Part shown: positions 1 through 12,495 of the stretch, piece by piece
How positions within the stretch are numbered: position 1 is the first letter of the stretch
Layout: every line of letters begins with the position of its first letter
Origin: Eledone cirrhosa
Taxonomy: Eukaryota
Direction of reading: 5' to 3'
DNA: 64,000 bases
NCBI GenBank assembly: GCA_964016885.1
Contig: OZ024747.1
Span: forward strand, 13,330,001 to 13,394,000
Notes under the pieces: generated by a model
What the model saw: the letters and a program-made list of their open reading frames with translations, nothing else
What the model was told of the DNA's origin: nothing
Database searches by the model: none
Position numbers and translations under genes: made by a program

Positions 1-1223
1 TAACCTCTATCTCTACCATAATATAACTTACATCTCTACCATAATATAACTTCCATCTCCACCATAATATAACTTACAACTCTACCATAATATAACTTCC
101 ATCGCTACCATAATATAGCTTATATCTCTACCATAATATAACTTGCATCTCTACCATAATAAAACTTACAACTCTACCATAATATAACTTCTATCTCTAC
201 CATAATATAACCTCCATCTCTACCATAATATAACTTACATCTCTACCATAATATAACCTCTATCTCTACCATAATATAACTTCTATCTCTACCATAATAT
301 AACTTACATCTCTACCATAATATAACCTCTACCTCTACCATAATATAACTTACATCTCTACTGTAATATAACTTGCATCTCTACCATAATATAACCTCTA
401 TCTCTACCATAATATAACTTACATCTCTACCATAATATAACTTCCATCTCCACCATAATATAACTTACAACTCTACCATAATATAACTTCCATCTCTACC
501 ATAATATAGCTTATATCTCTACCATAATATAACTTCCATCTCTACCATAATATAACCTCTATCTCTACCATAATATAACCTCTATCTCTACCATAATAAA
601 ACTTACAACTCTACCATAATATAACTTCTATCTCTACCATAATATAACCTCCATCTCTACCATAATATAACTTACATCTCTACCATAATATAACCTCTAT
701 CTCTACCATAATATAACCTCTATCTCTACCATAATATAACTTATATCTCTACCATAATATAACCTCTATCTCTACCATAATATAACCTCTATCTCTACCA
801 TAATATAACCTCTATTTCTACCATAATATAACCTCTATCTCTACCATAATATAACTTCCATCTCTACCATAATATAACTTACATCTCTACCATAATATAA
901 CCTCTATCTCTACCATAATACAACCTCTATCTCTACCATAATATAACTTCTATCTCTACCATAATATAACCTCTATATCTACCATAATATAACCTCTATC
1001 TCTACCATAATATAACTTCCATCTCTACCATAATATAACTTCCATCTCCACCATAATATAACTTCCATCTCTACCATAATATAACTTCCATCTCCACCAT
1101 AATATAACTTCCATCTCTACCATAATATAACTTCCATCTCTACCATAATATAACTTCCATCTCCACCATAATATAACTTACAACTCTACCATAACATAAC
1201 CTCCATCTCCACCATAATATAAC
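1..1223. repeat. 23-bp minisatellite, about 53 copies, running off the window start
   Basis: Unit TAACYTNNATCTCTACCATAATA repeated in tandem. Confidence 0.95.
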
Positions 1224-2662
1224 ATCTAACAAAAAATGTTTAAATACTGGTTTTAACATAATTTTAGTTTGTAGTATCAGTAATAGCACAAAGCAATATT
1301 ATTTTGTTTACTTATAAACAACTAATGGTGGACAGATACCAGAACTAAGACCAAATACATTCCATCAGTGGAGCACTCCAATCAATGAATTATTCGTTCA
1401 TGCTTTTCACCCCAAATAGGCTTACTTCAAATTTTCTTCTTCCTTTCACATTTTAATTCATCATCATCATCATCATCATCATCATTTTAACATCTGCTTT
1501 ATCTGCTAGCATGGGCTGGTGAGGTCTACATAGACCAAGTCAGTAATGAAGCGGTGACTACTGATCTCCCAGACAATCCAGGGATCTGTCGTCTTGCTTA
1601 TGTTTGGTCACACATTCTACCAAGTGCACAGGGGAGGTTAACATATCTTTGACACGGCTGAAGGTCCTCCCAACCCCTTGTTTGACAAGCTTTCTTTAAC
1701 TGGATGCCCTTCCTATCACCAACCACCTTACAGTGTGTACTGAGTGCATTTATCATATAAATCACCAACACTAGGGAGGTTGTCATGTCCTTGACATAAT
1801 TGAAGGGTCCACCCTACCCTTTCTTTGGAAAAATATATGTACAAATATAGAAGTAACAAATTTCCCTCCTGGTGTAAATTTTACCCAGGCTGGGAACCTC
1901 CTGCTCAAAGCTATAGCTTATTTAGCTTATGTCTAAATCTACCTCTGCCTAACATTTACCCAAGGGCCAGGTGGTGGTGTTAAACTGGACGACAGAATAA
2001 GACTACTGTACAAATAGGCTATAGTAGGATTTGAACTCAGAACAAAGAGCTAAAACAAATAATACAAGACATCTTGTATGATCCTCCAACAATTTTGACA
2101 ATGCTCTGTCCTGGACTGCTACTTTACATGAATTTTATCGACCCTGGAGTAACGAGAGACAAAGTTGACCTCAGTGAAATTTGAATTCAGAACAAATATC
2201 ACAAATATTTTGTCTGACATCCAAACAATTATACCAATCGATCACCTCAGACTACTACTTTATTTTGTCAACCCCCAAAAGAATGACAGGCATAATTAGC
2301 CTTGGCAGAATTTGAAATCAGAATGCAGGGAGTGTCTTAGATAGTTCTGGAAATAGGAATGATTATGACTAGAATACTTTTGATCATAGTATTGCTTAAT
2401 CAGGCTTGAGCTGAGCTGAGCTAAACAACAACATCTATGAACATAGCTGCTACGAACATTGCCAAAATATTTAGACATAAACAAAGACAATAATATGTAA
2501 ATAGAACTGAAAATAATACACAGACCACTACCATTGCTACCACAATAATTTCAATGATCTATGACTGGACAATGTGGGGGGACATGTTTCAATGTGCAGA
2601 ACTCTAGGTGTATACCATCTCATAGTCTCAGTGGACAGAAAAGAGAACGTCTTACCTCAGAG

Positions 2663-2832
2663 CATTGGTTCCCAAAGTGGGTTCTGCAAAGAAATATCTG
2701 GGGTTCCATGAAAAAAGGTAGAGGAGTATATTTATATTACGACCATATAACAGTATTAGACTTTGGGGTTCCCCCACAAAAGTTTCTGAACCAAAAAAGG
2801 GTTCTGTGTTTAAAAAGATTTGGGAAACCTTG
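2663..2832. mobile_element. hAT/Charlie-like MITE (degenerate)
   Basis: Ends CATTGGTTCCCAAA...TTTGGGAAACCTTG; 8-bp flanks cctcagag / tctcagaa resemble a decayed TSD. Confidence 0.6.
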
Positions 2833-3974
2833 TCTCAGAACATAATGAGAAAGATGTGTTGAAATAGCCATTTCATTTAAACTATTCTTAGATATCTCAA
2901 AAAAATATGGAATGATATCTGGAATGCCTTTGATCATAGAGCTGTTTGATCAGGCTTCATCAATATCTTTAGCTACTCCTATGAACATTGCCAAAATATT
3001 TACTCTATTGAAACTAAGAAAATAAATAATTACATCATTTTCTCACTTTTTTATGAACACACTCAAAGATTCCATTATGGCTTCCAATCTAGGACTTTCT
3101 CACTCCTGTTGGAGGAACCCCACCCTGGTTGACCTCCACCACATTCTGTTTGATTTTGTTCAAGCTTGGCCAATTACACATGTGTCTGGTGGAGGAGCTG
3201 GTTTAGTCACAGGCCACTCGACCATACAAAAGGTTGTACTGGGTTACATGGTACTAGTAGCATGCAGAAGCCTGACCTAATGTAATGGCTTACTAGTGAC
3301 TTGATCAATCCATTAGTCTTTTTCCAACAACTAACAAAGATTCTGATCTTTATAGTTAAGTAATATGTTTTAAGTCATTAATGTTTCACAATAAATATTT
3401 GATGGTTTCAACAACCCACTACTACATATCATGCTCACCGTCGTAGGCAGAAGTAAAGTTACTCTTTTTTCAACCATTAGAAAATATCAAGATCTTTCTA
3501 GATAGCAGGATTAACCATTTTGATACCAACCTACCTGAAACTACCCTGGAGTTACGATACACAACCATTTATTTTAGAAATTTTTGTTAAATAATGTTCT
3601 AAATATCATCTAACCCTTATGACACCAAACCACATGGAACTGTGTTCTATTATAGAAAACCCCTCATTTTTAAAGATGTTTATCCTTATAGTTTTTAATT
3701 AATTTTCAAAATAGCAGCTTACTAATATAAAACTAATTATTTTATTAAATTTCTCTAAATTTTTGATTATTTTCAAAATAAACTGAAACACACAGGCAGT
3801 ATATTTCATTAGAAATACAGTAATGAAAGAGTTAAATGCTGGCTAATGATGTATCATGGTGCTAAATTTACATTATATACATGAAACATACCATAACTTC
3901 CCAAAGAGAGTACTGCTTGGCTTACTATCACCCACACTCTTCAACTTATATATATATATATATACAATAGTAAT

Positions 3975-4593
3975 AGTAATATACGCGAACAACAAAGCAT
4001 AAATGAATTGAGAGAGAGACTGAGCATAAGAGGACTCAAATGCTGTGTGCAGGAGAGGCGGATGCGTTGGTATAGACATGTGATGCGTATGAAGGATTAC
4101 AGCTGCATAAAACGGTGCAGAGCACTAGAAGTCGATGGAAACCGCGCAGTGGGGAGACCCAAGATGACCTGGGATGAGGTGATAAAAGCCGACCTTACCC
4201 AATTACACCTCTCAAAGGCGATGACTCACGACCGTGACCTCTGGCGTCACGCAGTAATACACAGTACCCGACCTCCCATGGGTACAAGCTGAAGCATATA
4301 GACAATATGCCCCCACACCCTCCCACTGCAAAGTGGTCGTGGAGGTGCCACGGCAAAAAAAGCACCCAGCCCACACTGTAAAATGGACGTGTAGGCGCCA
4401 CGAAAAAGCACCCAGCACTCACTGTAAATGAGGTTGGTGTTAGGAAGGGCATCCAGCTGTAGAAATCAAGCCAAATCAGTTCCTGTTTGAGCAAGGCATG
4501 GTCAGCCGACCAGACACTGCCCACAACAGGACAACCCGTCTAACCCATGCTAGCGTGGAAGAACGGACGTAAAACGGTGATGATGATGATGAT
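3975..4593 (+). mobile_element. RTE LINE 3' fragment
   Basis: RERLSIRG..QERRMRWYRHVMRM..GRPKMTWDEVI, homologous to the C-terminus of ORF 12417-14270; 3' UTR and (GAT)n tail. Confidence 0.9.
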
Positions 4594-5894
4594 CACAATC
4601 TTCCTACATTATCTCTTACTAAACAGACTTCAATCATACGCTCCTATAATTACTCAAATAGAATCATACGCTAACTTTAAGAGTTTCTTTATAGATTAGA
4701 ACCATGGCACTTCAAGTACAGACTTACAGAATAAAAAATAAAATGAACCTAAGTTAGTTTTATCAATAAGTCAATAGTTCAATTACTCATTACAATAATT
4801 AACCCTTTAAACACCAATCCACTCAAAACTGCTCTGATTAAGCTGTTCAAATCTAAATTAAAATCTTGGTCTGGAATCTCATTAATACACACTAGATAAT
4901 ATTAAGTTTCAGTAGTTAAATATTGGATATTTATTAAGTTGAAAGTTAGTTGTTGCACTAATCTCTCATAATTGTTTTTATTATTTGATAATTGGCAGTA
5001 TCAGTAGACGTCGGACAACACGCTTCGTGGCATGGACTTACAGCCCTTTACGCTCTGAGTTCAAATCCTTCTGATGTTAGCTTTGCCTTTCATCCTTATG
5101 GAGTCAATAAAATAATGTACTAGTTACACAGTGGGATCGATTTAATTGACTTTCCCCTTCCTCAAAAATTGTTGGCCTTGTGCCTAAATCAGAAACCATT
5201 ATTTTCCCAATTAAAATACCACAGCAGTATATTATTATATGAAACATGGACACAAAATATTTTATGTGTGAATGTCTAAGTATTACACAGGCTGGCTTTT
5301 TGAATTACAGGTAAAGTTAATTTTACAGACTTTCACACAGTTTTCATTCACAAGGCTTGTGTCACCAAACATCATGTGAAATTTAGCAGAAAATAGCTTT
5401 AAAAAGGGCTTGTCATTTCAAATGTTTGCAGTATCTTTACTAGTGAAAATATTGTGGAAATTTGTGATTCAGATATTTTTATTTTACTTATCCTGTTAGC
5501 CCTGACTCAGTCTGTGAAGACCCATCCAACCCATGCTAGCAAAGAAAGTGGAGGATAATGATGATGATGATTTTGTCTGAAGCTCAAATGATTTTGCAAT
5601 ATCTGTGGGCCCCAAATGACACACAAACACATCTATAAAGCCCTTTTAATAATTGTTTCTACTTTTGGCAAAAGGCCAGCAATTACCCAGTGTATTACTG
5701 GTGCTTTATTTTATCAACCCCCGTAAGGATGAAAGGTAAAGTTAACCTCAGTGGGATTTGAACTCAGACCGTAAAGGGTCGTAACTCTATGCTGCATAGC
5801 ATGGCATCAGACCCTATTAGCTCTTTGGTTGCTTTAGGATTCACCTGCTCAAGGTGAAAACTTTTCAAAATCAACAACATAATTACAGCTAAGT

Positions 5895-6050
5895 GACAAC
5901 AACAACAACCACAACCACAGCTACTGATGTTAATACTACCACCACCACTACCACCACCACCACTACCAATTCAACTATACTACTACCACCACCACCAACA
6001 ACAACACCATGACTACTACTGCTACAACTACTACCACCTCCAGCTCCACA

Positions 6051-6082
<32 letters not shown>

Positions 6083-6260
6083 AACTGCTGCTGCTGCTAC
6101 TACTACTACTACTACAACTGCTGCTGCTGCTACTACTACTACTACTTTAAATACTACTACTACTACCACAATGACTTCCACTACCACCACCACCATCACT
6201 ACTACTAATATAACGATTAGACCAGTTCCAACTAGTATCAAGCAACAACAACAATAACAA
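5895..6260. repeat. Compound (ACC/ACT/AAC/GCT)n trinucleotide repeat
   Basis: Read directly; accounts for the poly-T, poly-Y and poly-V ORFs here. Confidence 0.9.
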
Positions 6261-6450
6261 CAGGCAATAAATTCAAATATGCCTCACTCCATTAACCATT
6301 TCTTACCATCAACCTCCCAATAATTTACTTTAGCCATCACAAAAGCCAATATACATAATTGTCATCATCATCATCATCATCATGGACATCATCATCGGTA
6401 AGAGGGGTGGGGGTTTAAAACACTCTTACACCAACAACAACAGGTTTTTA

Positions 6451-6487
6451 ATTGGTCAGCATCCGTTGCCATTGACAACAGATGCTG
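6451..6487. promoter_or_regulatory. Candidate RFX X-box with an adjacent inverted CCAAT box
   Basis: GTTGCC-ATT-GACAAC at 6465-6479 and ATTGG at 6451-6455, upstream of a motile-cilium gene. Confidence 0.35.
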
Positions 6488-7260
6488 GAAGAGTTAATGG
6501 GTTGACTGATCAAGCAAATTATATATATATGTATATATATATATATATATATGTGTGTATATATATATATATGTATGTATATTTATGTATTTGAATATAG
6601 ACACACACATATCATCATCATCATCATCATCATAATTGTTCCATGCTTTCACAGGCTGGAGGGTTTCACAATTCTTGCCACAGTATTTTATAATCTGACA
6701 CCCATGCTAACAAAGAAAAATACCAAACTTTGTTGTTGTTGTTGTTGTTGTTGTTGTGTGTGTCTGTGTGTCTGTGTCATCATCATCACCGTTTTACATC
6801 CATTCTTCCACACTGGCATGGGTTAGACGGGTTGTCCTGTTGTGGGCAATGTTAGGTGTGTCTATATATAAATAAAAATGCTGAGAAGATTCTTCAGTTC
6901 GATCAAAGGTCTGACAATTTCTCTAGCTTTGGTGACCTAAATTATAAATGCACCCAGTACACCCTGTAAAGTGGTTATTGACAGACATGGTATCCAGCCA
7001 TAGAAAACTTACCAAACAAAGGGTTTCAAAAATACTTCAGCTACATCAAAGAAATGAAAGCCTCCCTAGTGTAAACTACAGAAATGTATATAAGTGAGAA
7101 GTGGTCCCCAGTCAGAGTGAGATGTTAGTGGTATCAATTAGATACTGATGAATGAGCAAGGGTATTGTAAGGGTATGTAGGGCTTATAAACAACAAGTTT
7201 TGTAAGGCATGTTCTGTCTCCAGTTTTGTGAGACATGTTCTGTCTCTTATGTTAAACTGA

Positions 7261-7627
7261 GAGGAGATTGGATGGCACATATACCCGCCTCTTAATGAGA
7301 GTGCAAAACCTATCCTGGAAACGACATCCCACCTTGTCTAAAATCTATGGCAAACTCCCTCGAGCCTCTGCCCTTCTAAAATCCCGGAGAGCTCAATTTG
7401 CTGGCCACTGTCACCATGCCAGCAATGAAATCATATCCGCTCTCTTGCTCTGGAACCCTGACTCCAGCCTGACTAGGAGTAGGAAGCTGTCATTCCCTGA
7501 CATTATCTCTAGGGATACGGGAATCAGTAGACAGGACCTGGGGGGCAGCGATGGGGGACAGGGAATTCTGGGGCATGAGAGTGAGATCCATCATCTCGAC
7601 AGTAGTCGACGAGTGATGATGATGATG
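7261..7627 (+). mobile_element. RTE-group LINE 3' fragment (second family)
   Basis: DGTYTRLLMRVQNLSW..RRAQFAGHC..LLLW, typical of post-RT C-termini, ending in (GAT)n. Confidence 0.75.
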
Positions 7628-8110
7628 TTAAACAGTATCATGAAGATGTCAGAGGACTTCCTAATAACACCTCTTTGTAACTGTATCTTCTGCTATGTAT
7701 TTATGATGCACAACACCTTCATCATTGAAGTAAACATTCAGCATCACTTTTTACTTCTCATCTGATGTGTATTTTGGGTCTTTGTGACATTGAATGCTTC
7801 CACTGTGATGACTAAGATTGGGTTTCTGGGCCATACTTGTACAGCCACATGTCATCTCCAGCTATCATGGTATTCAAGAACTGAGAATCATTGTTGGTAG
7901 TATTGGGTGAAATGAAAATATAACATGTAAGTAGTACAGTAAATCACACACTGGTGGCTCAACAGTGGTTGATTCATCCAGCAAGGTGGCCCCCAAACAT
8001 GTATGTGCATGAATTCATGTGACTTCACTCTGCTTACTTTTGTCTTCCTAATGTCATTACTTCCCACAAGGGGAAAAAAGTCAGATTCTTTTACAACAGA
8101 CCTTATATAT

Positions 8111-8433
8111 CATTTCATCATTTCATTTCATTTTGCGTCCACTTTTCCCTGCTTGCAAGGGTGGGACAGGAACTGATTCTGGCTTGATTTCTACAGCTGG
8201 ATGCCCTTCCTAACACCAACCTCATTTACAGTGAGTGCTGGGTGCTTTCATGCCGTGGCACCTCCACGACCACTTTGCAGTCCCTATCATCTCATTTCTA
8301 CAGCTGAGTAAACTGGAGCAATGTGAAATAAAGTGTCTTGCTCAAGGAAATAACACATCACCCGGTCTGAGAATTGAACTCACAACCTTTCGATTGCAAG
8401 GCCAATGCTCTAACCAGTAAGCCATGTGCCTCC
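8111..8433 (-). mobile_element. tRNA-derived CORE-like SINE with RTE-derived tail
   Basis: Minus strand: A-box-like TGGCTTACTGG, B-box GAGTTCAATTC, CORE-like CCTTGAGCAAGACACT, then a tail matching the RTE 3' UTR. Confidence 0.75.
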
Positions 8434-8489
<56 letters not shown>

Positions 8490-8490
8490 G

Positions 8491-8805
8491 AATATATACA
8501 CACATACATTTACTCATATATCTTAGAACACTGTGTGTATGTGCATATGTGTAAATATATACACACATACATTTACTCATATATCTTAGAACACGGTGTG
8601 TATGTGCATATGTGTAAATATATACACACACACATTTACTCATATATCTTAGAACACTGTGTGTATGTGTGTATGTGTAAATATATACACACATACACTT
8701 ACTCATATATCTTAGAACACGGTATGTATGTGTGTATGTGTAAATATATACACACATACATTTACTCATATGTCTTAGAACACGGTGTGTATGTGTGTAT
8801 GTGTA
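8491..8805. repeat. 63-bp minisatellite, about 5 copies
   Basis: Unit AATATATACACACATACATTTACTCATATATCTTAGAACAC... Confidence 0.9.
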
Positions 8806-9025
8806 TTTCAGATTAACTGCATAGTTGTAAATACATAAAAGTCAACTGCAATAATGGAGCGGAGTCACTGCAGTTGGTAGATATTATGCTGTAAAGGATT
8901 GCAATGTCTTATGTAAACACTTATTGCACGGAAAGAAAATATTGACAGCTCGGATGAGATGGCCATCTCAGTGGTGTCCAATTATACTTGGATTGTTTTT
9001 TATAGTGAACTGTTGACTAGGCTAA

Positions 9026-11368
9026 GGTTGGGAGGGTAGTGGTTATGGTAGTGACAGTATTGGTGGTGGTTGTGTGGTGTGTTGAAGGTAATAGTGGTGG
9101 TGGTAGTATATATTGGTAGTTGGGAGGGTAGTGGTTATGGTAGTGACAGTATTGGTGGTGGTTGTGTGGTGTGTTGAAGATAATAGTGGTGGTGGTAGTA
9201 TATATTGGTAGTTGGGGGGTAGTGGTTATGGTAGTGACAGTATTGGTGGTGGTTGTGTGGTGTGTTGAAGGTAGTAGTGGTGGTGGTAGTATATATTGGT
9301 AGTTGGGGGGTAGTGGTTTTGGTAGTGACAGTATTGGTGGTGGTTGTGTGGTGTGTTGAAGGTAATAGTGGTGGTGGTAGTATATATTGGTAGTTGGGGG
9401 GTAGTGGTTTTGGTAGTGACAGTATTGGTGGTGGTTGTGTGGTGTGTTCAAGGTAATAGTGGTGGTGGTAGTGGTAGTATATATTGGCAGTTGGGGTAGT
9501 AGTTTTGGTAGTGACAGTATTGGTGGTTGTTGTGTGGTGTGTTGAAGGTAATAGTGGTGGTGGTAGTGGTAGTATATATTGGCAGTTGGGGTAGTAGTTT
9601 TGGTAGTGACAGTATTGGTGGTTGTTGTGTGGTGTGTTGAAGGTAATAGTGGTGGTGGTAGTGGTAGTATATATTGGCAGTTGGGGTAGTAGTTTTGGTA
9701 GTGACAGTATTGGTGGTTGTTGTGTGGTGTGTTGAAGGTAGTAGTGGTGGTGGTAGTGGTAGTATATATTGGCAGTTGGGGTAGTAGTTTTGGTAGTGAC
9801 AGTATTGGTGGTGGTTGTGTGGTGTGTTGAAGGTAATAGTGGTGGTGGTAGTGGTAGTGGTAGTATATATTGGCAGTTGGGGTAGTAGTTTTGGTAGTGA
9901 CAGTATTGGTGGTTGTTGTGTGGTGTGTTGAAGGTAATAGTGGTGGTGGTAGTGGTAGTGGTAGTATATATTGGCAGTTGGGGTAGTAGTTTTGGTAGTG
10001 ACAGTATTGGTGGTTGTTGTGTGGTGTGTTGAAGGTAGTAGTGGTGGTGGTAGTGGTAGTATATATTGGCAGTTGGGGTAGTAGTTTTGGTAGTGACAGT
10101 ATTGGTGGTGGTTGTGTGGTGTGTTGAAGGTAATAGTGGTGGTGGTAGTGGTAGTGGTAGTATATATTGGCAGTTGGGGTAGTAGTTTTGGTAGTGACAG
10201 TATTGGTGGTTGTTGTGTGGTGTGTTGAAGGTAATAGTGGTGGTGGTAGTGGTAGTGGTAGTATATATTGGCAGTTGGGGTAGTAGTTTTGGTAGTGACA
10301 GTATTGGTGGTTGTTGTGTGGTGTGTTGAAGGTAATAGTGGTGGTGGTAGTGGTAGTGGTAGTATATATTGGCAGTTGGGGTAGTAGTTTTGGTAGTGAC
10401 AGTATTGGTGGTGGTTGTGTGGTGTGTTGAAGGTAATAGTGGTGGTGGTAGTGGTAGTATATATTGGCAGTTGGGGTAGTAGTTTTGGTAGTGACAGTAT
10501 TGGTGGTTGTTGTGTGGTGTGTTGAAGGTAATAGTGGTGGTGGTAGTGGTAGTATATATTGGCAGTTGGGGTAGTAGTTTTGGTAGTGACAGTATTGGTG
10601 GTGGTTGTGTGGTGTGTTGAAGGTGGTAGTGGTAGTGGTAGTGGTAGTATATATTGGCAGCTGGGGGGTAGTGGTTTTGGTAGTGACAGTATTGGTGGTG
10701 GTTGTGTGGTGTGTTGAAGGTGGTAGTGGTAGTGGTAGTGGTAGTATATATTGGCAGTTGGGGTAGTAGTTTTGGTAGTGACAGTATTGGTGGTTGTTGT
10801 GTGGTGTGTTGAAGGTAATAGTGGTGGTGGTAGTGGTAGTATATATTGGCAGTTGGGGTAGTAGTTTTGGTAGTGACAGTATTGGTGGTTGTTGTGTGGT
10901 GTGTTGAAGGTAATAGTGGTGGTGGTAGTGGTAGTATATATTGGCAGTTGGGGTAGTAGTTTTGGTAGTGACAGTATTGGTGGTGGTTGTGTGGTGTGTT
11001 GAAGGTGGTAGTGGTAGTGGTAGTGGTAGTATATATTGGCAGTTGGGGGGTAGTGGTTTTGGTAGTGACAGTATTGGTGGTGGTTGTGTGGTGTGTTGAA
11101 GGTGGTAGTGGTAGTGGTAGTGGTAGTATATATTGGCAGTTGGGGTAGTAGTTTTGGTAGTGACAGTATTGGTGGTTGTTGTGTGGTGTGTTGAAGGTAA
11201 TAGTGGTGGTGGTAGTGGTAGTATATATTGGCAGTTGGGGTAGTAGTTTTGGTAGTGACAGTATTGGTGGTGGTTGTGTGGTGTGTTGAAGGTAATAGTG
11301 GTAGTGGTAGTGGTAGTATATATTGGCAGTTGGGGTAGTAGTTTTGGTAGTGACAGTATTGGTGGTGT
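9026..11368. repeat. G/T-rich minisatellite, 90-100-bp unit, about 25 copies
   Basis: Unit contains GGTAGTGACAGTATTGGTGGTKGTTGTGTGGTGTGTTGAAGGT...ATATATTGG. Confidence 0.95.
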
Positions 11369-12100
11369 TGGTGGTGGTGGTAGTGGTTGTAGTAATCGTA
11401 GTGGAGGTGGTGTTGGTGGTGGTGGTAATATTGGAGCTATTGGTGGCAGTGGTGAAGGTATGGTGGTGGTGGTGGTGGTGGTGTTGGTGGTGGTGGTAAT
11501 ATTGGCAGTGGTGAAGGTGTGGTGGTGGTGGTGGTGGTGAAGGTATGGTGGTGAAGGTATGGTGGTGGTGGTGGTGGTGGTGGTGGTGAAGGTATGGTGG
11601 TGGTGGTGGTGGTGGTGGTGGTGAAGGTATGGTGGTGGTGGTGGTGGTGGTGGTCAGTATGTTAGGACATAATTAAATCATCAACTGGTCATGGAACTGG
11701 TGTTGTTAGTGTTATGGTGTGGTGAACATTAATTATGCTACTACAGTCTAAACAGATAGCAGTGGCAGCAGTGGTGGTGGGGATGGTGGTAGTGGTGAGG
11801 ATGGCGGTAGTGGTAGTGGTGGTGGTGGGGATGGTGGTAGTGGTGGTGGTGAGGGTAGTGGTAGTGGTGGTGGTGGTGGGGATGGTGGTGGTGGGGATGG
11901 TGGTAGTAGTGGTGGTGGTGGTGGTGGTGATGGTGGTAGTGGTGGTGGTGGTGGGGGTGGTGGTAGTGGTGGTGGTGGTGGTGATGGTGGTAGTAGTGGT
12001 GGTGATGGGGATGGTGGTGGTGGTGGTGGTGAGGGGGGGGGGGGGGTAGTGGTGGTGGTGAGGATAGTGGTAGTGGTGGTGGTTGTGGGGATGGTAGTAA
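11369..12100. repeat. Degenerate (GGT)n low-complexity tract
   Basis: Read directly. Confidence 0.9.
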
Positions 12101-12450
12101 TGTAAGACTTATTTAAAACATAGCCAAGAGTGGTGTGGTGGTTGGGGAGGGGGGGGGAGGGGAGGGGAGAGAAGCAGGTAGGGATACACTTTCTTTCTTT
12201 TTACTGGTCCTATACATCAGACTGTGGCCATGCTGTGGTACCAGCTTAAATTTATATGACAACGATTTATATATTTATATATTTATATATATATATATAT
12301 ATGTATGTATACATATATATCAGAAGAGAGTCAGGACCCCGACGGCTGAGCTCCAGCAGTAACGACAGCTAGATCTGAACTGAGTACTACCCAAGTATTG
12401 AGTACTCTGGTGCGTTATGGTCCACCTGGTTTCTTACCACACTTTCTTTG

Positions 12451-12492
<42 letters not shown>

Positions 12493-12495
<3 letters not shown>

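Noticed and set aside
1-1223. Telomere- or CRISPR-like array
   Set aside because: Simple 23-bp tandem repeat with no spacers; not TTAGGG.
5927-6257. Mucin-like poly-Thr, poly-Tyr and poly-Val ORFs
   Set aside because: Trinucleotide microsatellite translations with no splice or homology support.
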